Shown here in pieces: positions 30,166 to 40,217 of a DNA stretch of 64,000 nucleotides (position 1 is its first letter; each line of letters begins with the position of its first letter). The notes below the pieces were generated by a model. That model was not told where the DNA came from, made no database searches, and worked only from the letters and a program-made list of their open reading frames with translations. Both the position numbers and the translations under genes were made by a program. Source of the DNA: Giardia intestinalis (Eukaryota); NCBI GenBank assembly GCA_000002435.2, contig CM018793.1; one strand, given 5' to 3'.

Positions 30166-33100
30166 CTCATGCGAACCGCCGCGCTGGACGGCCTCTCTCA
30201 CTCAGTTTCAATGCTTCGGTGCCGCGTATCTCTGGCGAAAACGGAAGAAGGCGGGCACCCCAGCACCCGACCCTCTGCGCCTTTGTAGGATGAGCGGTAC
30301 CACAGGCATGAAAGGAGGGGCCCTCACACCCACCGCCTCAGTGAAACTCCCTGCTGAAGAGAGCATGCTGCAGTGACGGGCCCCAAGATGGCTGACGTTA
30401 TCAGTAAAACTCTCCCTAACTGAGTCGCTTAAAGAATACAGAAACGGCTCACGAACGCGCCACTTCGTCGACGGGACTACGCCTCTAGGAACCTCCCGAC
30501 TTGTCTCCGTTACGTTGTCCACGGCGCCAAAGGCTGTGAGCGGCATCCCTGCATCTCCCGTTTGAAGAGCTTTTCCACGGGTAAGGAGCTCGAGCGATAC
30601 ATTTGGAAGCGTCTCTCCCGCCTCGGGCCCTCTCTACGCAGCCTCATTCGTCAAGCAATGCCCCAGTCGAAGGCCCCCTGTTGCCCTTCCATGCCTTTGT
30701 GATCGGCTAGTATTTCAGATCATACTACACCAAACCCTGGTGTCCAAGTGCAGGCGTTCCACATGGGCCACCACTGTTGCCTGTTATCCCCTCCAGTAAA
30801 GACGACGCTAGACCGGAGCACCTTCAAGCTCCTTGGAAGTCTTCAGATACAGCTCTTAGTTCTCGTCGCCAGAGTCACATCTGATTAGGATTAGCAAAGA
30901 TGAAAACCAGAACGCCATTACCATAACCAGGGCATGATAGAACTGGGTGGCCTCTACCATGCAGCAGGAAACAGATCCGTTCTCTCTGTGTCTTGTGCTC
31001 CCAGAAAAAACGGAACTCTCTATCACCAGCTGTCCCGGGTTCAGTCACAAATCCAAGGGATGCATAGATCACGACTCGTACCGATACACTGTGGATGCTG
31101 CAGCTCTCACAAAGAAGATGTCTCGACGCCATAACAAGAGCAGAGACCTCATGTGCACACATGAGCACCTGATAAAGGGTGTAGAGCTGATGCACGTCTT
31201 AGCTGAGAGATTGGGTGCGTTTCTGAGCACGCTGGCTGACATCAGATCGAGGGAATCCTACCTGTTCGCTGATCTAAATGCGTCAACCTAGGACGGCGCC
31301 CAGGAAGCATCTAGCCGAAGCAGAACACCCCATGTTGAGCGGCACCAGATGACAGTCACTCAAGCATGAGCAGGACGAGCATCTGCCCGCTCTGCACAAA
31401 ACTCACTGGAGCCAGAGCTGTCCAAATGTACTGCGGCACAGACAGCAAGTGCAAGGTGCTACTGCGCGAAAGGATGGAGATGGCAGAGGAGATGCACCTC
31501 GTCACACTGTGGACCGCTACATGAGCAACACCCACCAGAAGGTTCCGAACAAGAATAGGCCACCGAGCGCATGAAGGACCCCCGGCGAAGAGTAGCTGCC
31601 GCCCCATGGGGCTCCTCTCCCACGGGCCCCCTCGACCCGGACTCCTCAGAGGGGATCAGGGTAGCGTACGGGCTGCACCCTGGAGGGACACGAGCCCCCT
31701 GTTCTGCAGCCAGCGGAGAGCACGGGCATCTCTCCCAAGGTAACTGACGACGAGATGACCCGGGGGTCCGTCCATGGGTTCTCGAGGTCTCCTGGACCTC
31801 GCCTAGATCTGCGTACTGGAGGTCCTCATCCCCAAGAACGAGGCAAGCATAACCTGTGGAGCGACCACGACGGCTCTTCACAGATACTGCCGGGCCATCT
31901 GAAGTCTCAGGCACTGGACACTGGGGCCTGCATGCACATATAGTATGCGCTCGTATGCGCACACGAGACTGAGGAAGCCAGGCGGTCTCGCTCGATTACA
32001 GGGCGCCCTCAACAGCAGCCCCGGTCCTGCACAGTCTCGATCAGGGGAACGTGCCCCTCGCTCTAAGGAGCTACACGAGACCTTCCTCTGGCCACAGCAC
32101 ACATGGACTCAGTCCCGTGCAGTGTTCCTCAGGGACCCTCTAGGTATGCTCCTATGCTGCGCTGGACGGAACGCGCTCACTAAGCAGCTGAAGGAGGTGC
32201 CCCCTCAGTGCCTGCGCCGACGACGTACTGATCCTGCGCGACGACAACAACGAGGCAATGAGGTTGGCAAACCCACGGACTGACGATCAACACAGACAAC
32301 TTAAGAGCACCGAGGGGGTAGGAGGGCTCCTTCCTGGGTGTCCGGTCTCGAGGAGCGGCTACCCACGGCCTCCAAGGAGATAGAGAGGGTAACGAAAAGG
32401 TTGCAACTGTGTCAATCGCCCACCACCCAAGCCAAGCTGATCTGGATAGACTCACCACGCGACCCCTACGGATCCCTCGGAGGGCAGGCCTGCCCTCTGG
32501 ACGCCCGGCTCGAGCAACAGCGGACCGAGCTCCTGGCTACGCAGGACAGCGGCAGTCGGGAGTCCACCACAAGCAGCTGCGCGGTGCTTGACACCTCGAC
32601 GTGAGACGTGGCACATGGGCAGGCTGCCAGCGGGACAGCCTCGTGGTGAGCAACGCATCGTACACGAAACGTGCCCTGGTCGCTCCGATGCTTCAGATAA
32701 CGCCTCTCGGAGAGCTGTGACCGGGCCAGCCTCTCCGGCTGAACGACTCATGGCTCCACGTACACTCTGCGGTACGGATGGGTGCAGACCACACCAGCCG
32801 AGCCGGCACACTGCACAGGGTGTGGACCTGCGAGTGTGTACTGGCTGCTGACCACCTGGCACCACAGGTGCACTGCGGTTCATGAGCAGAAGGGCGAGCC
32901 GGGCGTCTCCTCCGCGCCAACCAGGGGTCGACATGAGGGTCCACGGGCACACGCTATAATCCAGGAGGACGCATGGCGAACGCACCCCGACGGTAGGATC
33001 GATGGTCCACTCCATGAGGAGGCGAGAAGGAACCCGAGTCGGCATTCCGAGGCCATGACACATGCGATCTTCGTCGTGGAGCACTACACCCTCAAGGCCA

Positions 33101-33414
33101 GACCGCCACGACTTGCGACAGGGCCCTGGGGCAGCGGTACCCACCAGGCGCCAGGCAGCAGCCGGCCCCATGGAGGTTGAGCAAAGGAAGGGAGAAGTCC
33201 ATCGAAGGCGCTGTGGAAAACTAGCAACAGCACGAAAGGGAGCCAAACAACATTAAACCTCTTCTTTTCCCATCAGAGCTGGACGGAGTCTGAATTTCGA
33301 ATGTCGGATTTTGGATGGTAAACAAGGAAGGACCTATCTGATGAGGTGGCGGATCGCGCGATGGACTTACTCGGACAGCGGCTAGCAAACCAGCCTCGGT
33401 GAAACAGAGAGTAA
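30166..33414. repeat. left arm of 3,249-bp inverted repeat (mirror of 35463..38711)
   Basis: Reverse-complement identity was verified by eye at both ends and at three internal spots. All ORF translations in the two arms are letter-identical mirror pairs. Coordinates obey x+y=68877. Confidence 0.9.
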
Positions 33415-33828
33415 CTCTTGGAACTATCTACAATATGGGATACATGTACTGACACGGCAATCCACTTGATAGGGACGAATCCATAGGCAGTTACGGCCCA
33501 GAATAGGGTAAACTACAAGTGGATACCGTTGTTTCGTAAAGGAAAGTTTACCTAACTCCTTGGATTTTATTAACTGCTCTATCTTACACAAGTTGCGCAG
33601 GAGTCCCAGTCAGCTACAGCGTTATATAATCTACCGTGTGCTTGGAGCCAGAATTCGAAGCCATATATACACTAAGCACTGTGTGCTACAAACTAATTAT
33701 ACAGAGTAAGAAGGGTACAACCACCCAGCGGAGCATATACTCTGACTACGGTGAGCTATAAACAAGATAATGTGAATTATAAAATATTTACCGTCACACA
33801 CATTCCGTTTACAGCAATTAAAACAAAA

Positions 33829-35370
33829 ATGTCTTTAGCCAAACTCGATGATGGGCGTAGCAGTCTTGAAGCTGGTGGTAGGTCGAGCGTAGAAGCCCGT
33901 CTCTTAGATGGAGAGGCTGACCTTGCATGGGCTATCGTGAATGGGCACAAAGAGATAATGAGGGTACTTTCAAAGTACGTTGGCTGGACTGACCTCATTT
34001 GTGCCGCTGCTCTTGGGAGCGTGAACAGGGTCATGGAGCACCTTGATGAGTGTGAAGAAAGGGACGTCAATGGTAGGACAGCCCTTATGTGGGCTGCTAT
34101 GAACGGGCATAAAGAGGTAGTGGAGATGTTAGTGGAGTATGGAAAGAAGATGGTTGATGACCAGGGTCATACTGCTCTGTACTACGCTCTCAAGGGTGGG
34201 TCTCTTGAGATTGCCAAAATACTTATACCTCACGAAAACCCAACCGATGAGAACGGCATCACGGCGCTCATGCGGGCTGCTACCGATAGAGACGCCGAAA
34301 TGGTGGAATTGCTTATACCACTCCAGAAGGGAATGAAGGATAAGGACGACAACACAGCGTTCGTGCATGCCCTCAAAAACAAACATACGGACATCGCTCT
34401 GCTTCTCCGCGGACATGAATCCCCCTCGTGGACTCCCTTGATGTGTGCTGCTTTCATCGGTGATGTCAAAGTAGCCAGAAGATATTTATCTAGCAAAGAT
34501 GAGAAGAATAATGATGGTAACACTGCGTTAGTACTTGCTGCGAGGGCAGGACATAGAGATATCGTAGAGCTTATTGATCCTATTGATGAGAACGGCATCA
34601 CGGCGCTCATGCGAGCTGTTGGTAGAAATGACGTGGAGGCTGTAAAAGCACTCTTACCCATCCAGAGGGGAAGAAAAACATACAAAGAGGTCACAATAAG
34701 CGGATGGTACATGCGCAAAGGAACAGCTCTGATGATGGCTGCGGCACATGGATACGCAGAAATAGTAGAACTGCTAGCAGAGCACGAAAAGGGAGAGAAA
34801 GTAGGCGGTTGGACCGCTCTCATATTCGCGGCACGGTGCAATCGTTCCAATGACCCCCTGGTGGACTATTCTAAGTGCGTTGAGCTCCTGGTAAAGCACG
34901 AGGGCGACATTTCAGGGTGGACGGATCTCATATATGCCGCTTACCGTGGCGATATTGACGCAGTCAGAAACAACCTTCATATGAAGGGAAGCCAGGATGC
35001 TGGTGGGTGGACAGCGCTTATGTATGCAGCAGCACGAGGGCACGAAGCGATTGTAGAGCTGCTCAAGCAAGAAACTCGTATGAAGAATAACGATCATCAG
35101 ACTGCCCTCATGTGGGCAGCACGCAATGATCATCCAGAGTGCGTCAGGCTCCTAATGAAGGACGAAGGCGGCATGCAAACGACCAAGGGCTGGACCGCCC
35201 TTATGAACGCAGCATATAGCAACACCGTGGAGTGTGCAAGGCTTCTTAAGGAAACCGAGAAAGATCTGAAGACAACCTGCAGCTGCCATGGTCACTCGCC
35301 TGGTACCACTGCTCTCGACATCGCTAAGAAGAAGGATCACAAAGAGATAGTAGACATCCTTTCAAGCTGA
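33829..35370 (+). CDS. ankyrin-repeat protein (Giardia protein 21.1 family), the only gene in the loop between the inverted repeats
   Basis: About 14 ankyrin units (G.TALM.AA..GH..IVELL). The ORF-track start at 33751 is a GTG. The ATG at 33829 is preceded by aaaacaaaa. Confidence 0.8.
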   Translation: MSLAKLDDGRSSLEAGGRSSVEARLLDGEADLAWAIVNGHKEIMRVLSKYVGWTDLICAAALGSVNRVMEHLDECEERDVNGRTALMWAAMNGHKEVVEMLVEYGKKMVDDQGHTALYYALKGGSLEIAKILIPHENPTDENGITALMRAATDRDAEMVELLIPLQKGMKDKDDNTAFVHALKNKHTDIALLLRGHESPSWTPLMCAAFIGDVKVARRYLSSKDEKNNDGNTALVLAARAGHRDIVELIDPIDENGITALMRAVGRNDVEAVKALLPIQRGRKTYKEVTISGWYMRKGTALMMAAAHGYAEIVELLAEHEKGEKVGGWTALIFAARCNRSNDPLVDYSKCVELLVKHEGDISGWTDLIYAAYRGDIDAVRNNLHMKGSQDAGGWTALMYAAARGHEAIVELLKQETRMKNNDHQTALMWAARNDHPECVRLLMKDEGGMQTTKGWTALMNAAYSNTVECARLLKETEKDLKTTCSCHGHSPGTTALDIAKKKDHKEIVDILSS

Positions 35371-35462
35371 TCCCAGAGTGAATGACAGACCCTTTTGCTG
35401 CACTCCACGCTAGTTATGGATCGTACATTATCTCTCTTGATGTCTAGTGGTACTCTACGCGT

Positions 35463-38400
35463 TTACTCTCTGTTTCACCGAGGCTGGTTTGCTAGCCGCT
35501 GTCCGAGTAAGTCCATCGCGCGATCCGCCACCTCATCAGATAGGTCCTTCCTTGTTTACCATCCAAAATCCGACATTCGAAATTCAGACTCCGTCCAGCT
35601 CTGATGGGAAAAGAAGAGGTTTAATGTTGTTTGGCTCCCTTTCGTGCTGTTGCTAGTTTTCCACAGCGCCTTCGATGGACTTCTCCCTTCCTTTGCTCAA
35701 CCTCCATGGGGCCGGCTGCTGCCTGGCGCCTGGTGGGTACCGCTGCCCCAGGGCCCTGTCGCAAGTCGTGGCGGTCTGGCCTTGAGGGTGTAGTGCTCCA
35801 CGACGAAGATCGCATGTGTCATGGCCTCGGAATGCCGACTCGGGTTCCTTCTCGCCTCCTCATGGAGTGGACCATCGATCCTACCGTCGGGGTGCGTTCG
35901 CCATGCGTCCTCCTGGATTATAGCGTGTGCCCGTGGACCCTCATGTCGACCCCTGGTTGGCGCGGAGGAGACGCCCGGCTCGCCCTTCTGCTCATGAACC
36001 GCAGTGCACCTGTGGTGCCAGGTGGTCAGCAGCCAGTACACACTCGCAGGTCCACACCCTGTGCAGTGTGCCGGCTCGGCTGGTGTGGTCTGCACCCATC
36101 CGTACCGCAGAGTGTACGTGGAGCCATGAGTCGTTCAGCCGGAGAGGCTGGCCCGGTCACAGCTCTCCGAGAGGCGTTATCTGAAGCATCGGAGCGACCA
36201 GGGCACGTTTCGTGTACGATGCGTTGCTCACCACGAGGCTGTCCCGCTGGCAGCCTGCCCATGTGCCACGTCTCACGTCGAGGTGTCAAGCACCGCGCAG
36301 CTGCTTGTGGTGGACTCCCGACTGCCGCTGTCCTGCGTAGCCAGGAGCTCGGTCCGCTGTTGCTCGAGCCGGGCGTCCAGAGGGCAGGCCTGCCCTCCGA
36401 GGGATCCGTAGGGGTCGCGTGGTGAGTCTATCCAGATCAGCTTGGCTTGGGTGGTGGGCGATTGACACAGTTGCAACCTTTTCGTTACCCTCTCTATCTC
36501 CTTGGAGGCCGTGGGTAGCCGCTCCTCGAGACCGGACACCCAGGAAGGAGCCCTCCTACCCCCTCGGTGCTCTTAAGTTGTCTGTGTTGATCGTCAGTCC
36601 GTGGGTTTGCCAACCTCATTGCCTCGTTGTTGTCGTCGCGCAGGATCAGTACGTCGTCGGCGCAGGCACTGAGGGGGCACCTCCTTCAGCTGCTTAGTGA
36701 GCGCGTTCCGTCCAGCGCAGCATAGGAGCATACCTAGAGGGTCCCTGAGGAACACTGCACGGGACTGAGTCCATGTGTGCTGTGGCCAGAGGAAGGTCTC
36801 GTGTAGCTCCTTAGAGCGAGGGGCACGTTCCCCTGATCGAGACTGTGCAGGACCGGGGCTGCTGTTGAGGGCGCCCTGTAATCGAGCGAGACCGCCTGGC
36901 TTCCTCAGTCTCGTGTGCGCATACGAGCGCATACTATATGTGCATGCAGGCCCCAGTGTCCAGTGCCTGAGACTTCAGATGGCCCGGCAGTATCTGTGAA
37001 GAGCCGTCGTGGTCGCTCCACAGGTTATGCTTGCCTCGTTCTTGGGGATGAGGACCTCCAGTACGCAGATCTAGGCGAGGTCCAGGAGACCTCGAGAACC
37101 CATGGACGGACCCCCGGGTCATCTCGTCGTCAGTTACCTTGGGAGAGATGCCCGTGCTCTCCGCTGGCTGCAGAACAGGGGGCTCGTGTCCCTCCAGGGT
37201 GCAGCCCGTACGCTACCCTGATCCCCTCTGAGGAGTCCGGGTCGAGGGGGCCCGTGGGAGAGGAGCCCCATGGGGCGGCAGCTACTCTTCGCCGGGGGTC
37301 CTTCATGCGCTCGGTGGCCTATTCTTGTTCGGAACCTTCTGGTGGGTGTTGCTCATGTAGCGGTCCACAGTGTGACGAGGTGCATCTCCTCTGCCATCTC
37401 CATCCTTTCGCGCAGTAGCACCTTGCACTTGCTGTCTGTGCCGCAGTACATTTGGACAGCTCTGGCTCCAGTGAGTTTTGTGCAGAGCGGGCAGATGCTC
37501 GTCCTGCTCATGCTTGAGTGACTGTCATCTGGTGCCGCTCAACATGGGGTGTTCTGCTTCGGCTAGATGCTTCCTGGGCGCCGTCCTAGGTTGACGCATT
37601 TAGATCAGCGAACAGGTAGGATTCCCTCGATCTGATGTCAGCCAGCGTGCTCAGAAACGCACCCAATCTCTCAGCTAAGACGTGCATCAGCTCTACACCC
37701 TTTATCAGGTGCTCATGTGTGCACATGAGGTCTCTGCTCTTGTTATGGCGTCGAGACATCTTCTTTGTGAGAGCTGCAGCATCCACAGTGTATCGGTACG
37801 AGTCGTGATCTATGCATCCCTTGGATTTGTGACTGAACCCGGGACAGCTGGTGATAGAGAGTTCCGTTTTTTCTGGGAGCACAAGACACAGAGAGAACGG
37901 ATCTGTTTCCTGCTGCATGGTAGAGGCCACCCAGTTCTATCATGCCCTGGTTATGGTAATGGCGTTCTGGTTTTCATCTTTGCTAATCCTAATCAGATGT
38001 GACTCTGGCGACGAGAACTAAGAGCTGTATCTGAAGACTTCCAAGGAGCTTGAAGGTGCTCCGGTCTAGCGTCGTCTTTACTGGAGGGGATAACAGGCAA
38101 CAGTGGTGGCCCATGTGGAACGCCTGCACTTGGACACCAGGGTTTGGTGTAGTATGATCTGAAATACTAGCCGATCACAAAGGCATGGAAGGGCAACAGG
38201 GGGCCTTCGACTGGGGCATTGCTTGACGAATGAGGCTGCGTAGAGAGGGCCCGAGGCGGGAGAGACGCTTCCAAATGTATCGCTCGAGCTCCTTACCCGT
38301 GGAAAAGCTCTTCAAACGGGAGATGCAGGGATGCCGCTCACAGCCTTTGGCGCCGTGGACAACGTAACGGAGACAAGTCGGGAGGTTCCTAGAGGCGTAG

Positions 38401-38711
38401 TCCCGTCGACGAAGTGGCGCGTTCGTGAGCCGTTTCTGTATTCTTTAAGCGACTCAGTTAGGGAGAGTTTTACTGATAACGTCAGCCATCTTGGGGCCCG
38501 TCACTGCAGCATGCTCTCTTCAGCAGGGAGTTTCACTGAGGCGGTGGGTGTGAGGGCCCCTCCTTTCATGCCTGTGGTACCGCTCATCCTACAAAGGCGC
38601 AGAGGGTCGGGTGCTGGGGTGCCCGCCTTCTTCCGTTTTCGCCAGAGATACGCGGCACCGAAGCATTGAAACTGAGTGAGAGAGGCCGTCCAGCGCGGCG
38701 GTTCGCATGAG
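35463..38711. repeat. right arm of 3,249-bp inverted repeat (mirror of 30166..33414)
   Basis: See left arm. Confidence 0.9.
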
Positions 38712-40115
38712 GAATTTATTCTGACAGCATTGAAATTCTTCTACAGGGGAGACCTCCTCCACTTCCACAGGATGCCCGTGGAGAGCGGCGCAGACGGCCC
38801 CCGCTCTGTCGGCACGTGCGAGCTGGCCCCTTCGACACACACGTTCTGCGCCCTGTACGAGACAGAGGGGGCCTTGCGGTGCGTCTTCACGGCCGTGGAC
38901 AGGGTGCGCCTGTTCCTCTGCATGGCGAGCACGCAGGTGAGTTCCGGCCGTCGTGCTGGGGTCGGGGGGAAGTCGCAGAGGGACCAGGAGGGGAAGCCTC
39001 GAACGGGTTAGCACCGCATAGGACTTCCTTCCATTGCCTAAAACACGCAAGGGTGCACGCGTCCACCCACTGAGCAGGCAGATGAGGCGATGACTGATGG
39101 CAGGGTGGCCAAGACTCACTTCTGCCCTCGGCCGAGCGACACATGAAATGAAGAGCGTTTGCATCTTAAACAGATAGATATTGTGTTTTTGCGAGGCGTC
39201 TTGTCTGGGCGGTTTTGGGTTGGAGGGGCTAGAGTTATTATTTGTGCGAGGGTTGTCATGCTCTAGTGGAAGAAAGAATACAACTCGAGATATGATTGAT
39301 TCTAGAAGAGTCAACCCCAGTGAATACACATCTCCCAAAGCATCAAGAGACGTGGGTGTTACACTTTCTTGTCGGTCAAAGAGGGAACCATTAGTAGAGA
39401 GGAAATCATAGCATCTGAGCGTCGATTCAGGCGCCCTGTACACGAGGGTGCACGTTGTTCCCGTTGAAATGGGGGAGTAGTGATCGGCGGAAAGAACCTC
39501 AGGCTCAGCGTAGTTAGCAGAAGCACTTGGAGAGGAATAAACACAATACTTAGCCATCCCCAGGTCTGCAAGAAAAGCAGAGCCGTTGCCATCCAGAAGA
39601 ATGTTCGACGGCTTGACGTCTCTGTGTGCGATCCCCAGTCTGTGAAGGTTCCGAAGACAAGTAACCACAGAGTGCCAGAAGAACACCATCTGGGACAGTG
39701 TAAAGCTGCTTACTAAGTTGTACGTTCGGAACCTTTCACAGTCGTGTGGATAGAGCGGAGTGACAAGGCAGATTAGCGAAGAGCAGTTCTCGAAATGCTT
39801 CGCAAAGGGTAAGTCTTTCGTTGTATCATCGAGTCGTAATTTGAAGCTCGAGATAAGATCGATTGCAGGATTCTTAAAAGGCTGGCCGCCAGCCGTAACC
39901 TGAGCCAGGTATGCGAGTAAGGTCACTTCACGCAGCACCAGATGGTTGAAAACGCCTGAAATGCCGACAGCCTTGAGAGCAACAGGTTTGCCCGTCTCCT
40001 TATCTATCCCCTTGTAGATCGTGCCGTACGCGCCTGCTCCGAGGTACCCTGTGGGTGACCAGTCGATCGCATACCGCTCGAGGGAAGAGGGGATGGTCGG
40101 CTGTGGCTCGGTCAT
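38589..40115 (-). CDS. Ser/Thr protein kinase (catalytic motifs intact); the 3' end of the ORF is uncertain because it runs through GC-rich low-complexity sequence into the right repeat arm
   Basis: GAGAYGTIYKG, VALKAV, HRDVKPSNILL, DLGMAK, YRAPE. The ORF-track start (40217) is a TTG that reads through the tRNA. The ATG at 40113..40115 gives MTEPQPT. The kinase domain ends near 39300. Confidence 0.6.
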   Translation of the reverse strand: MTEPQPTIPSSLERYAIDWSPTGYLGAGAYGTIYKGIDKETGKPVALKAVGISGVFNHLVLREVTLLAYLAQVTAGGQPFKNPAIDLISSFKLRLDDTTKDLPFAKHFENCSSLICLVTPLYPHDCERFRTYNLVSSFTLSQMVFFWHSVVTCLRNLHRLGIAHRDVKPSNILLDGNGSAFLADLGMAKYCVYSSPSASANYAEPEVLSADHYSPISTGTTCTLVYRAPESTLRCYDFLSTNGSLFDRQESVTPTSLDALGDVYSLGLTLLESIISRVVFFLPLEHDNPRTNNNSSPSNPKPPRQDASQKHNIYLFKMQTLFISCVARPRAEVSLGHPAISHRLICLLSGWTRAPLRVLGNGRKSYAVLTRSRLPLLVPLRLPPDPSTTAGTHLRARHAEEQAHPVHGREDAPQGPLCLVQGAERVCRRGQLARADRAGAVCAALHGHPVEVEEVSPVEEFQCCQNKFLMRTAALDGLSHSVSMLRCRVSLAKTEEGGHPSTRPSAPL

Positions 40116-40130
40116 CAAAACAAGGGAAAG

Positions 40131-40203
40131 TGCCGGGGCCGGGAATCGAACCCGGACCGATCGGACGACAACCGAGCGCGCTAGACCGTTACGCCACCCC
40201 AGC
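40131..40203 (-). tRNA. tRNA-Asp (anticodon GUC), 73 nt
   Basis: I folded it by hand. Acceptor GCUGGGG/CCCCGGC with one G.U pair and discriminator A. U8. D-arm GCGU/GCGC with loop AACGGUCUA (A14, G18 G19, A21). Anticodon stem CUCGG/CCGAU with loop UUGUCGU. Variable loop CGGU. T-arm CCGGG-UUCGAUU-CCCGG. Confidence 0.65.
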
Positions 40204-40217
40204 CAGGGAGGAAACAA

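Noticed and set aside
32187-32290. CADDVLILRDD in a plus-strand frame of the left arm as an RT motif C remnant
   Set aside because: It resembles YADD(I/V)xxL, but the only motif-B-like segment (QGALNSSP) lies about 67 aa upstream in another frame. The orientation also conflicts with the orientation implied by the shared terminal motif. Likely coincidence in GC-rich sequence
30208-33246. ORFs of 85-264 aa inside the repeat arms (for example 32452..33246, 31459..31962 and mirror copies 35631..36425, 36915..37418)
   Set aside because: Arg/Pro/Ala/Gly-rich translations of GC-rich DNA with no motifs. They overlap one another in several frames and on both strands, and exist as exact mirror pairs. 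They are best explained as chance ORFs in non-coding repeat sequence
33335-33393. tgatgag block in the shared motif as a C/D-box snoRNA
   Set aside because: No CUGA D box at an appropriate distance and no terminal stem
30166-33414. GC-rich repeat arms as rDNA
   Set aside because: Giardia rDNA is extremely GC-rich, but no conserved SSU/LSU landmarks (for example GTGCCAGCAGCCGCGGTAATTC, the 5.8S core) are present and the composition is only moderately GC-rich
40116-40217. N-terminal 34-aa extension of the kinase ORF (MFPPWLGWRNGLARSVVVRSV...)
   Set aside because: It starts at a TTG and is the translation of the tRNA-Asp gene. The real start is the ATG at 40115
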